DNA of 64,000 nucleotides from Nonomuraea sp. NPDC050663 (GTDB lineage: Bacteria > Actinomycetota > Actinomycetes > Streptosporangiales > Streptosporangiaceae), in NCBI RefSeq assembly GCF_044456985.1, contig NZ_JBITGL010000015.1:71269-135268 (forward strand). The letters run 5' to 3'. Within the stretch, counting starts at the first letter, position 1; each line of letters begins with the position of its first letter. Positions 45,869-54,811 of the stretch are shown in pieces. The position numbers and the translations under genes were made by a program. Below the pieces are notes generated by a model, which was not told the DNA's origin, did no database searches, and saw only the letters and a list, made by a program, of their open reading frames with translations.

Positions 45869-46195
45869 ATGAAACTAGAAGGTTATGAATTGGACAGCGT
45901 CTTCGCCGCGCTGGCCGACCCCACCCGCCGGGCGATCCTGACCCGGCTCAAGGCGGGCGAGGCCACCGTGACGGAGCTCGCCGAGCCGTTCCAGATGAGC
46001 CAGCCGGCCATCTCCAAGCATCTCAAGGTGCTGGAGCGCGCCGGGCTGATCACCCGGGGCCGCGACGCCCAGCGGCGGCCCTGCCGGCTGCGCGCCGAGC
46101 CGCTGAAGGCGGCCACCGACTGGCTGGAGCGCTACCGGCAGGACTGGGAGGTGAGTTTCCGACGTCTGGACGGCCTGCTCGACGAACTGAAGTGA
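45869..46195 (+). CDS. ArsR-family transcriptional regulator
   Basis: ALADPTRRAILTRLKAGEATVTELAEPFQMSQPAISKHLKVLERAGLI. Confidence 0.9.
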   Translation: MKLEGYELDSVFAALADPTRRAILTRLKAGEATVTELAEPFQMSQPAISKHLKVLERAGLITRGRDAQRRPCRLRAEPLKAATDWLERYRQDWEVSFRRLDGLLDELK

Positions 46196-47043
46196 CGACC
46201 CCGACCGACCGGTCGATCGTCATCACGCGAGCCTTCGACGCGCCCAGGGCACTCGTCTTCGACGCCTGGACCAAGCCCGACCTGCTCATGCGGTGGTACG
46301 GCGCCGACGGCTGGCGCCTGGTGGAGTGTGAGATCGACCTGCGGCCCGGTGGGCGCTGGCGCTACTACTCGATCGGCCCCGGCGGCCAGGGTATGGGCAG
46401 CAGCGGCGTCTACCGCGAGGTGGTGCCCGGCGAGCGCCTGGTCACGACCGAGGTCTTCGACGAGCAGTCGTACCCCGGCGAGGCGCTCAACACCATCGAG
46501 TTCACCGAGGACACGATGGTGACCATCACTCTCCGATACGACTCGCGGGCGATCCGCGACATCCAGCTGCGCTACCCGATGGAGCGCGGCATCACCCAAG
46601 CCTTCAGACGATTGGACCGCGTCCTCATGAACTGGACCCTCGAAGTGGTCGTCGTCCCGGTCTCCGACGTGGACCGGGCCAAGGAGTTCTACGCCGGCAC
46701 GCTCGGCTTCAAGGTCGACCACGACACCGACACCGGCACCGGTACCCGGTTCGTGCAGCTCACGCCGCCCGGCTCCGGCTGCTCGATCGTCATCGGCCAG
46801 GGGACGGGCAACACCATGGCGCCGGGCTCGCTCCAGGGCCTGCAACTGGTGGTCAACGACCTCCATGCGGCGCGGGCCGAACTGGTGGGGCGCGGGATGG
46901 AGCTGGGGGAGGTCCAGGTCTTCGGCGCCGAGGGCCCGCGAGCCGCCCAGGAGGGCGACGACCTCAACAACGTCGGCTTCCTCTTCTTCAGCGACCCCGA
47001 CGGCAACGGCTGGGCGATCCAGCAGATCACCTCGCGACCCTAG
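46192..47043 (+). CDS. SRPBCC (Aha1-like) domain fused to glyoxalase/VOC domain protein
   Basis: N-terminal TRAFDAPRALVFDAWTKPDLLMRWYG (AHSA1/SRPBCC). C-terminal VVPVSDVDRAKEFYAGTLGFKVDHD...GFLFFSDPDGNGWAIQQ (VOC). ATGA overlap with the ArsR gene. Confidence 0.75.
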   Translation: MTTPTDRSIVITRAFDAPRALVFDAWTKPDLLMRWYGADGWRLVECEIDLRPGGRWRYYSIGPGGQGMGSSGVYREVVPGERLVTTEVFDEQSYPGEALNTIEFTEDTMVTITLRYDSRAIRDIQLRYPMERGITQAFRRLDRVLMNWTLEVVVVPVSDVDRAKEFYAGTLGFKVDHDTDTGTGTRFVQLTPPGSGCSIVIGQGTGNTMAPGSLQGLQLVVNDLHAARAELVGRGMELGEVQVFGAEGPRAAQEGDDLNNVGFLFFSDPDGNGWAIQQITSRP

Positions 47044-47063
47044 GGAGTACGATTCCGTCCGGT

Positions 47064-48434
47064 ATGAATCCCCTGACCGGGCGGACTCGCTGGACCACGG
47101 CGATCCTGTCACGCTTCCATCACCCGACCCAGATCGTGGTGGTCGCCTTCGCGCTGGCCGTCGCCCTGGGCACGGTCCTGCTGCTCCAGCCGGTCGCCAC
47201 CGAGGGGCCCCAGACCGCGACCTTCACCGACGCCCTGTTCACGGCCACCTCGGCGGTGACCGTGACCGGGCTGGCGACCGTCGACACCAGCGCCCACTGG
47301 TCCACCTTCGGTGAGGTGACCATCGCGGTCCTGGTGCAGATCGGCGGTCTGGGAATCATGACCGTCGCCACGCTGCTGGCGATCCTGGTCGGCGGCAAGA
47401 TGGGGCTGCGCTTCCGGCTGCTGGCCCAGGCCGAGACGAGCATGCTCAGCCTGGCCGACGTGCGCAACATCGCGCGGAAGGTCGTGGTCTTCAGCCTGGT
47501 CGGCGAGGCCATCGTGGCGGCCGTGCTGGCCGGCCGATTCATGATCGGCTACGGCTACGCGTTCGGCGAGGCCGTCTACTACGGCGTCTTCCACTCGATC
47601 ATGGCCTTCAACCACGCCGGATTCGCGTTGTGGCCCGACAGCCTCATGCAGTTCGTCAGCGATCCGTGGATCAACCTGTCGATCGCCGCCGCCGTCATCT
47701 TCAGCGGCCTGGGCTTCCCGGTCGTCTTCGAGCAGGTGCGCAACTGGCGTCACCCGAGCCGCTGGTCGATCATGACCAAGCTCACGATGTGGGTCTCGCT
47801 CGTCCTGCTGGTGCTGGGGACGCTGCTGTTCCTGCTCACCGAGTGGCGCAACCCCGCCACCCTGGGGCCGCTCGACGACGGGCAGAAGTTGCTGGCCGCC
47901 TTCTTCGCCTCGGTCAACACCCGCTCGAGCGGCTTCAACGCGATCGACATCGCGCAGATGCACGAGTCGAGCTGGCTGGTCTCCGACCTGCTGATGTTCA
48001 TCGGCGGCGGCAGCGCGAGCACCGCGGGCGGCATCAAGGTCACCACCTTCGGGATCCTGCTGTTCGTCATCCTGGCCGAGCTGCGCGGCGAGTCGCGCGT
48101 CAACATCGGCAACCGGCGCATCCCCGAGACCGTGCAGCGCCAGGCCCTCACGGTCGGGCTGCTCAGCGTCGCTCTCATCGCCGTCTCGACCTACGTGCTG
48201 CTGGTGATGACCGAGTTCACGCTCGACAAGATCCTTTTCGAGGCCATCTCGGCCTTCTCCACCACGGGCCTGTCCACGGGCATCCTCTACGAGATGCCGC
48301 CCGCCGGGCACGTCGTCCTGGTGGTCCTCATGTTCGTGGGCAGAATCGGACTGCTCACCTTCGGCTCTGCGCTCGCCCTGAAGGACCGCGGGCTGCGCTA
48401 CGAACTACCCGAGGAGCGGATCATCGTTGGCTGA
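47064..48434 (+). CDS. TrkH/KtrB-family potassium transporter
   Basis: Repeated TxGxG selectivity-filter-like motifs (TVTGLATV, GGLGIM, TTGLSTG; STAGGIKVTT). Confidence 0.85.
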   Translation: MNPLTGRTRWTTAILSRFHHPTQIVVVAFALAVALGTVLLLQPVATEGPQTATFTDALFTATSAVTVTGLATVDTSAHWSTFGEVTIAVLVQIGGLGIMTVATLLAILVGGKMGLRFRLLAQAETSMLSLADVRNIARKVVVFSLVGEAIVAAVLAGRFMIGYGYAFGEAVYYGVFHSIMAFNHAGFALWPDSLMQFVSDPWINLSIAAAVIFSGLGFPVVFEQVRNWRHPSRWSIMTKLTMWVSLVLLVLGTLLFLLTEWRNPATLGPLDDGQKLLAAFFASVNTRSSGFNAIDIAQMHESSWLVSDLLMFIGGGSASTAGGIKVTTFGILLFVILAELRGESRVNIGNRRIPETVQRQALTVGLLSVALIAVSTYVLLVMTEFTLDKILFEAISAFSTTGLSTGILYEMPPAGHVVLVVLMFVGRIGLLTFGSALALKDRGLRYELPEERIIVG

Positions 48435-49089
48435 CAAGAATCGCGACCCCGTCGTGGTCATCGGACTGGGCCGCTTCGGCACCGCGCTGGCGCTGGAGCT
48501 GACCAGGCGCGGCACGGAGGTCCTGGCCATCGACAACAGCCGCAAGACCGTGCAGCAGCTGTCGGGGCAGATCACCCACGTCGCCCAGGCCGACTCCACC
48601 GACATGGAGGCGCTGCGCCAGCTCGGCGTGCCCGACTTCTACCGCGCGGTGGTGGCCATCGGCACCGATCTGGAGGCCTCCATCCTGACCGCCGCCCTGC
48701 TGGCGGAGCTGGAGATCGAGGACATCTGGGCCAAGGCCATCAGCAAGCAGCACGGCCAGATCCTGAACCGCATCGGCGTGCACCACGTGGTCTTCCCCGA
48801 GCACGACATGGGCGAGCGCGTCGCGCACCTGGTCAGCGGGCGCATGCTCGACTACATGGAGGTCGAGGAGAACTTCGCGATGGCCAAGACGCGGCCGCCG
48901 AAGGAGTACGTCGGCGTGCCGCTGGGCCGCTCCAACCTGCGGCGCAAGCACGGCGTCACGATCGTCGCGGTCAAGAGCCCCGGCGTCGACTTCACCTACG
49001 CCACCGCCGACACCGAGCTGTCCTACGGCGACGTGATCATCGTGTCCGGCAGCGTCGAAGCTGTTGAACGTTTCGCCGAGCTGCCCTAA
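48427..49089 (+). CDS. TrkA/KtrA-family regulatory subunit (RCK N/C domains)
   Basis: VVVIGLGRFGTALALEL Rossmann motif and a C-terminal RCK_C domain. Overlaps trkH by 8 nt. Confidence 0.85.
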   Translation: MADKNRDPVVVIGLGRFGTALALELTRRGTEVLAIDNSRKTVQQLSGQITHVAQADSTDMEALRQLGVPDFYRAVVAIGTDLEASILTAALLAELEIEDIWAKAISKQHGQILNRIGVHHVVFPEHDMGERVAHLVSGRMLDYMEVEENFAMAKTRPPKEYVGVPLGRSNLRRKHGVTIVAVKSPGVDFTYATADTELSYGDVIIVSGSVEAVERFAELP

Positions 49090-49098
49090 GAATCGAGC

Positions 49099-50940
49099 AT
49101 GGCTCGATACGACGAGATCCACCGCCGCAGCCTCGACGACCCCGACGGCTTCTGGCGTGAGGCCGCGGAAGGCATCGACTGGCACACTCCCTTCGAGACG
49201 GTCTTCGACGGTTCGCGGTGGTTCGCCGGCGGTGAGCTCAACACCTGCCACAACGCGCTCGACCGGCACGACCCGGATCGGACCGCGCTGATCTACGTCA
49301 GTCCCGTGACGGGGACGGAGCGCGCCTACACCTACGGCGAGCTGCTCGACGAGACGGCCCGTACGGCGGGGCTGCTGCGTCAGCTCGGCGTGGGCAGGGG
49401 CGACACGGTCGTGATCTACATGCCGATGATCCCCGAGGCCGTGATCGCGATGCTGGCCTGCGCCCGCATCGGGGCGGTGCACTCGGTGGTCTTCGGCGGC
49501 TTCGCCGCGCCCGAGCTGGCCGCGCGCATCGACCACGCCCGGCCGAAGGTGGTCCTCAGCGCCTCGTGCGGCATCGAGCCGGGGCGGATCGTGGAGTACA
49601 AGCCGCTGCTGGACGCCGCGCTCGCCCAGGCCGGCCACCAGCCGTCCCGTTGCGTCATCGTGCAGCGCCCGCAGGCCGTGGCCGAGATGGGCGAGCGCGA
49701 CCTCGACTGGGCGGAGCAGGTGGCCAAGGCGCCCTGGGCCGAGTGCGAGTGGGTGTCGGCCACCGACCCGCTCTACATCCTCTACACCTCGGGCACGACC
49801 GGTCTGCCCAAGGGCATCGTCCGCGACAACGGCGGGCACGCGGTGGCGTTGCACTGGTCGATGAAGAATATCTACGACATGTCGCCTGGCGAGGTCTTCT
49901 GGGCGGCCTCCGACGTCGGCTGGGTCGTCGGGCACTCCTACATCGTCTACGGCCCGCTGCTGGCCGGCTGCACCAGCGTGCTCTACGAGGGCAAGCCCGT
50001 AGGCACGCCCGACGCCGGCATGTTCTGGCGCGTGGCCGCCGACAACAACGTCAAGGCGCTGTTCACCGCGCCCACCGCGATCCGCGCGATCAAGAAGGAG
50101 GACCCCTCGGGCCGCCTGATGCAGGGGCACGGGCTGAAGTACCTCTTCCTCGCCGGGGAGCGCCTCGACCCCGACACCTACCACTGGGCGCGCGACCTGC
50201 TCGGCGTGCCCGTCATCGACCACTGGTGGCAGACCGAGACCGGCTGGCCCGTCGCCGCCAACTGCATGGGCATCGAGCCGCTGGCGACCAAGCCGGGCTC
50301 GCCCACGGTGCCCGTGCCCGGTTACGACGTGCGGGTCCTCGACGAGGACGGCGTCGAGTGCCCTCCCGGCGTCGACGGCAACATCGTCGTACGGCTGCCG
50401 CTGCCGCCCGGCTGCTCTCCCACCCTCTACCGCGACCACGCCCGCTACGAGCAGGCCTACCTGTCCCGCTTCCCCGGCCACTACCTCACCGGCGACGGCG
50501 GCCACCTCGACGACGACGGCTACCTGTTCGTCATGGGCCGCACCGACGACGTCATCAACGTCGCAGGTCATCGGCTGTCCACGGGTGCCATGGAGGAGGT
50601 CATCGCCACCCACCCCGACGTCGCCGAGTGCGCGGTCATCGGCGTCGCCGACGAGCTGAAGGGGCAGCTGCCCGCCGGGTTCGTCGTGCTCAAGAGCGGC
50701 GTGACCCGTTCCGCCGAGGAGATCTCCACCGACCTGGTCAGGCTCGTGCGCGAGCGCATCGGCCCGGTGGCGGCGTTCAAGCAGGTGAGCGTGGTGGCCA
50801 GGCTGCCCAAGACGCGGTCGGGCAAGATCCTTCGTTCCACGATGAGGGCGATCGCCGACGGCAAGGACTACCGGCCTCCCTCGACGATCGAGGATCCGGC
50901 CGCGCTCGACGAGATCGCCGAGGTCATCCGTCCCGCATGA
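49099..50940 (+). CDS. Acyl-CoA synthetase of the propionate/acetate--CoA ligase family
   Basis: AMP-binding motif YTSGTTGLPKG; acetyl/propionyl-CoA synthetase N-terminal pattern (HRRSLDDPDGFW); C-terminal PKTRSGKILR. Confidence 0.85.
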   Translation: MARYDEIHRRSLDDPDGFWREAAEGIDWHTPFETVFDGSRWFAGGELNTCHNALDRHDPDRTALIYVSPVTGTERAYTYGELLDETARTAGLLRQLGVGRGDTVVIYMPMIPEAVIAMLACARIGAVHSVVFGGFAAPELAARIDHARPKVVLSASCGIEPGRIVEYKPLLDAALAQAGHQPSRCVIVQRPQAVAEMGERDLDWAEQVAKAPWAECEWVSATDPLYILYTSGTTGLPKGIVRDNGGHAVALHWSMKNIYDMSPGEVFWAASDVGWVVGHSYIVYGPLLAGCTSVLYEGKPVGTPDAGMFWRVAADNNVKALFTAPTAIRAIKKEDPSGRLMQGHGLKYLFLAGERLDPDTYHWARDLLGVPVIDHWWQTETGWPVAANCMGIEPLATKPGSPTVPVPGYDVRVLDEDGVECPPGVDGNIVVRLPLPPGCSPTLYRDHARYEQAYLSRFPGHYLTGDGGHLDDDGYLFVMGRTDDVINVAGHRLSTGAMEEVIATHPDVAECAVIGVADELKGQLPAGFVVLKSGVTRSAEEISTDLVRLVRERIGPVAAFKQVSVVARLPKTRSGKILRSTMRAIADGKDYRPPSTIEDPAALDEIAEVIRPA

Positions 50941-53282
50941 CGACACACTTCGACTCGATCGTCGCCGGCGCCAGGGAAGGGCGCAGCGCCGCCCTCGTCC
51001 TCAGGGGTGAGCGGGGAACCGGCGACTGTCCACAGCCTGTGGATATCTCCGTGTTGCGCTGCAGCGGCGTCGAGAGCGAGATGGAGCTGCCCTTCGCCGC
51101 GCTGCAACTGCTGCTCAGGCCGTTGACGAAGGACCTCGACCTGCTGCCCGAGCCGCAACGCGAGGCCATGAAGGCGGCGTTCGGGCTGGCCAGGGGAGCT
51201 GTGCCGGACCGGTTCCTGATCGGGCTGGCCACCCTGACCCTGCTGGCCGAGCACGGGCCGCTGCTGTGCCTGGTCGACGACGCGCAATGGCTGGACCGCG
51301 CCTCGACCGAGGCACTGGTCTTCGCGGCGCGGCGGCTCGACGCCGAGGGGGTGGTGCTGATCTTCGCGACCCGCTCGCTGGAGCGCGACCTGCTGTCGGT
51401 GCTGCCCGAGGTCCGCACCGACGAGGCGGGAGCGGATCCCGCTCGGCTGCGGGAGGGCTACGAGCGGCAGGTCGCGGGGCTGCCCGCGCCGACGCGGCGG
51501 GCGCTGCTGGCCCTGGCGGCCGAGGCCGACCTCGACGCCGTGCTCCGGGCGACCGGGCTGACGGCCGAGGCGCTGGCGCCCGCGGAACGGGCGGGACTGA
51601 TCGAGGTGGGCGCCGCCCTGGCGGAGGACGGCAGGGGGCTGGCCTCGCCTCATCGAAGCGCCTATCGCAGCGTCGGCTTCCGTCACGCTCTCGTCAGGGC
51701 GGTCGCCTACGAGGGCGCGCCCTTCGCCGAGCGCGCCGCCGTCCACCTCGCGCTCGCCAAGACGGTCGACCCCGAGCGGCGGGCCTGGCATCTGGCGGCC
51801 GCCGCCACCGGCCCCGACGAATACGTGGCCGCGGAGCTCGAGAAGGCCGCGGGCCTCGCACGCGAGCAGGCCGGCTACGCGGAGGCGGGCGCCGCGCTCG
51901 AACGGGCGGCGCGGCTGTCCCCCGATCCAGGGGAGCGGGCCAGGCGCCTGGCGGGCGCGGCGGTGCTGGCGGCCGACTCGGGGCAGAGCGAGCGGGCGAT
52001 GGCGCTGATCGAGCAGTCGGCGCGGCGCGGAGAGGTGAGCCCCGAGCTGGTGCGGCTGCGGGCGCGCATCGAGTTCGAGCACGGCTCGCCGCAGGAGGCC
52101 TGGCGGCTGCTGCTGGGCGCGGGCCCCGAGCTGGTGATCGAGGCGGCGAGGGTCGCCTGGCTGGTGGGCGACGTCGCCGGGCTGCGCGCCGCGCGGGAGC
52201 GGGTGAGCGGCGACGGACGCGAGCCCCTGCTGACCGGGGCGGTCGAGCTGCTGGCGGGAGACCCGGCACGCGGGCTGGAGCTGATCAGGGCCAACCACGC
52301 CGACGCCGGTGAGCGCGGGCTGCGGATCGGCGAGACCTCGCTGGCGCTGCTGGAGGGCGACTACCACCTGGCCAGGCAGGGACTGCTGGCGGTGGCGGCG
52401 GATCTGCGGGCACGCGGGGCCATCGGCTGGCTGCCGGGCGTGCTGGCGATCCTGGCCGAGACGGAGACGCTGCTGGGAGGCGACGCCCGGCCGTGGGCGA
52501 GCGAGGCGCTGCGCATGGCCGAGGACACCGGCCAGGTACGGCACGCGGCGCACGCCAGGGGGCTGCTGGCGTTCGACACGGCGATCAGGGGCGAGCACGT
52601 CACGGCGGACGGCGACTGGGCCGAGCGGGCCAGGGCGCTGCTCGACCTCGGCGACGGCCACTTCGACGCCGCGCTGGAACGGCTCGAAGCGCTCCAGCAC
52701 CGCCCCTACGCGCTCCACTTCCTCCCCGACCAGATCGAGGCGGCCGTCAGGGCGGGACATCGTGACCGGGCGCCGCTCGGCCGGTTCGAGGCGTGGGCGC
52801 GGACGGCGAACCGGCCGTGGGCGCTCGCGGCCGCCCACCGGTGCAGGGCACTGCTGGCCGAGCAGCCCGAGGAGCACTTCGAGCAGGCCGTCCATTGTGC
52901 GGATCTGCCGTGGCAGCAGGCCAGGAGCCGGCTGGTCTACGGCGAGTGGCTGCGCAGGGAGCGGCGCAAGAACGAGGCGCGTGCGCAGTTGCGCGAGGCG
53001 TTGGAGTCGTTCGAGAAGGCGGGCGCCAGGCCCTGGGCCGACCACGCCAGGGCCGAGCTGCGGGCGGCGGGCGAGTCGGTGACGCCGGCCGCCGGAGACC
53101 TGCGGGCCGCGCTGACCCCGCAGGAGCTGCAGATCGTCAGGCTGGCGGCCACCGGCGCGACCAACAAGGAGATCGGGGCGCAGCTCTTCCTCAGCCCGAA
53201 GACCGTCGGGCACCACCTCTACCGGGCCTTCCCGAAGCTCGGGGTGTCGAACAGGACGGAGCTGGCGCGCCTGATGGGCTAA
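50937..53282 (+). CDS. Large LuxR-family transcriptional regulator (LAL-like) with a degenerate N-terminal ATPase motif
   Basis: C-terminal LuxR HTH LTPQELQIVRLAATGATNKEIGAQLFLSPKTVGHHLYRAF. The N-terminal region reads LVLRGERGTGD instead of the canonical GEAGIGKT. The ATG overlaps the PrpE stop (ATGA). The ORF-track 49566 ORF is a fusion artefact of two out-of-phase genes. Confidence 0.75.
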   Translation: MTTHFDSIVAGAREGRSAALVLRGERGTGDCPQPVDISVLRCSGVESEMELPFAALQLLLRPLTKDLDLLPEPQREAMKAAFGLARGAVPDRFLIGLATLTLLAEHGPLLCLVDDAQWLDRASTEALVFAARRLDAEGVVLIFATRSLERDLLSVLPEVRTDEAGADPARLREGYERQVAGLPAPTRRALLALAAEADLDAVLRATGLTAEALAPAERAGLIEVGAALAEDGRGLASPHRSAYRSVGFRHALVRAVAYEGAPFAERAAVHLALAKTVDPERRAWHLAAAATGPDEYVAAELEKAAGLAREQAGYAEAGAALERAARLSPDPGERARRLAGAAVLAADSGQSERAMALIEQSARRGEVSPELVRLRARIEFEHGSPQEAWRLLLGAGPELVIEAARVAWLVGDVAGLRAARERVSGDGREPLLTGAVELLAGDPARGLELIRANHADAGERGLRIGETSLALLEGDYHLARQGLLAVAADLRARGAIGWLPGVLAILAETETLLGGDARPWASEALRMAEDTGQVRHAAHARGLLAFDTAIRGEHVTADGDWAERARALLDLGDGHFDAALERLEALQHRPYALHFLPDQIEAAVRAGHRDRAPLGRFEAWARTANRPWALAAAHRCRALLAEQPEEHFEQAVHCADLPWQQARSRLVYGEWLRRERRKNEARAQLREALESFEKAGARPWADHARAELRAAGESVTPAAGDLRAALTPQELQIVRLAATGATNKEIGAQLFLSPKTVGHHLYRAFPKLGVSNRTELARLMG

Positions 53283-53824
53283 CGCGTCTCGTGGCTCATC
53301 GCGTCGATGCAGACGCAGACCGCCAGGATGAGCGGGATGTCCGCGTCCTGCACGATCGAGATGCCGTAGGTGTCGCGCACCCGCATCCACCGCTTGGACA
53401 CCTCGGCGAGCTCCACGTCGTCCCGCCAGATCTTGTACTCGTGGTCCAGGAAGTTGCCCCTGGCGAACATCTCGCCGCGTTCCCCGAGGTCGATGTCGAA
53501 CCGGTCGCGGAAGCCGATCAGGTGCTTGTGCAGCGTCGCGACGGTCTCGTCGCCGCGCTCGATCACCATGGTGTCGCGCAGGCGCAGGACGCGGCCGGCG
53601 ATCTTCAGCAGCTCGTTGCCCTGGGCGTCCTCCAGGACGAACGTCTTGCGGACGTGCAGCACCTTGCCGTCGACCTTGTAGACCTTCTGGCCCAGCCCGT
53701 TCTCGATCCAGAAGTCGTCGCCGAACGACACCATCTTCTGCTGCATCTGGAACATCGCCGTCGCGGGCGGAGCTTCGTCGTGCTTGTTGCGGAACAGACC
53801 CATGTCTGAGTCCTGCCCGGCCAT
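53279..53824 (-). CDS. LURP-one-related (tubby C-terminal-like, DUF567) family protein
   Basis: FQMQQKMVSFGDDFWIENGLGQKVYKVDGKVLHVRKTFVLEDAQGNELLKI..., a pattern of paired beta repeats typical of LOR family proteins. Confidence 0.6.
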   Translation of the reverse strand: MAGQDSDMGLFRNKHDEAPPATAMFQMQQKMVSFGDDFWIENGLGQKVYKVDGKVLHVRKTFVLEDAQGNELLKIAGRVLRLRDTMVIERGDETVATLHKHLIGFRDRFDIDLGERGEMFARGNFLDHEYKIWRDDVELAEVSKRWMRVRDTYGISIVQDADIPLILAVCVCIDAMSHETR

Positions 53825-53839
53825 GGTTCATATCAGGGG

Positions 53840-54811
53840 GTGCTCTTGACCTTCTTGGAGAAAAGAACCTCCAGTGTGAGGAAGACGTTCATCTGCGGCC
53901 TGGCACTCCTGATGACCGGATGCAGCTCGGCGGAGGTCGATCCGTTGCGTCCCCAGCAGTGGGGGGTCGACGCGCTCAAGCTCCCTTCGGCGTGGGAGCA
54001 GCAGAAGGGCGACGACGTGGTCATCGCCATCGTGGACACGGGGGTGGACACCGAGCACCCCGACCTCGAGGACAAGATCGTCGACGGGTACGACTTCGTC
54101 ACCAACGACGACGACCCCAAGGACCAGAACGGCCACGGCACCCACGTGGCGGGCATCGCCGCGGCGGTCACCGACAACGGGGTCGGCATCGCGGGCGCCG
54201 CGCCCGGGGCGAAGATCATGCCGATCCGGGTGCTGAACACGGTCGGCTCCGGCGACCAGAACGTCATCGCCAAGGGCATCATCTGGGCCGCCGACCACGG
54301 CGCCAAAGTGATCAACCTGTCGCTCGGGGAGAGCGGGCTGCTCTCGCGCCTGCTCAAGGGCGGGGTGCTCAACCCGGCCATGCAGCACGCCTTCAGCAAG
54401 GGCGCCATCATCGTGGCCGCCGCCGGCAACGACGGCACGGCCAAGCAGAACTACCAGCCGCCCACCCAGGTCCTCGTTGTCGGGGCGAGCGACCGCCAGG
54501 GGCAGCCGGCGAGCTTCTCCAACTTCGGGGCGCAAGGGGCGGTCTGCGCGCCGGGCGTCAAGATCATCTCTACGCTGCCGACCTACGCCACTCCCGAGAC
54601 GCTCAAGAACACCACCGGCTACGGAGTGCTCGACGGCACCTCGATGGCCTCGCCGTACGTCGCCGGGGTCGCCGCCCTGCTCATCGGCCAGGGCAAGACG
54701 CCCGCGCAGGCGATGGAGGCGATCAGGAGCACGGCGGTCAACCCGACCAAGGACCTGCGCCTCGGCCTGGGCAACGTCGATGCCAAGGCCGCGCTGGCCG
54801 CCGCCGGATGA
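53840..54811 (+). CDS. S8-family (subtilisin-like) serine peptidase lipoprotein
   Basis: Catalytic triad motifs VAIVDTGVD (Asp), HGTHVAGIAAA (His), GTSMASPYVAGVAAL (Ser). Lipobox LLMTGCSS. Confidence 0.85.
   Translation: MLLTFLEKRTSSVRKTFICGLALLMTGCSSAEVDPLRPQQWGVDALKLPSAWEQQKGDDVVIAIVDTGVDTEHPDLEDKIVDGYDFVTNDDDPKDQNGHGTHVAGIAAAVTDNGVGIAGAAPGAKIMPIRVLNTVGSGDQNVIAKGIIWAADHGAKVINLSLGESGLLSRLLKGGVLNPAMQHAFSKGAIIVAAAGNDGTAKQNYQPPTQVLVVGASDRQGQPASFSNFGAQGAVCAPGVKIISTLPTYATPETLKNTTGYGVLDGTSMASPYVAGVAALLIGQGKTPAQAMEAIRSTAVNPTKDLRLGLGNVDAKAALAAAG

Noticed and set aside
45830-45900. Direct repeat GGTTATGAA x2 upstream of or overlapping the ArsR start
   Set aside because: The second copy is inside the coding sequence (MKLEGYEL), so the similarity is most simply coincidence of the SD/start context. 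It is not called as an operator.
49566-53282. 1238-aa single ORF in the track
   Set aside because: It is the LuxR regulator (real start ATG 50937) fused to an out-of-phase read-through of the PrpE gene. Upstream of 50937 the translation is low-complexity Arg/Gly, whereas frame 49099 gives a clean acyl-CoA synthetase.
50868-53831. 987-aa minus-strand ORF
   Set aside because: Antisense to the LuxR regulator gene, with low-complexity composition. Only its last ~180 codons correspond to the real LURP-one-like gene (53279-53824).
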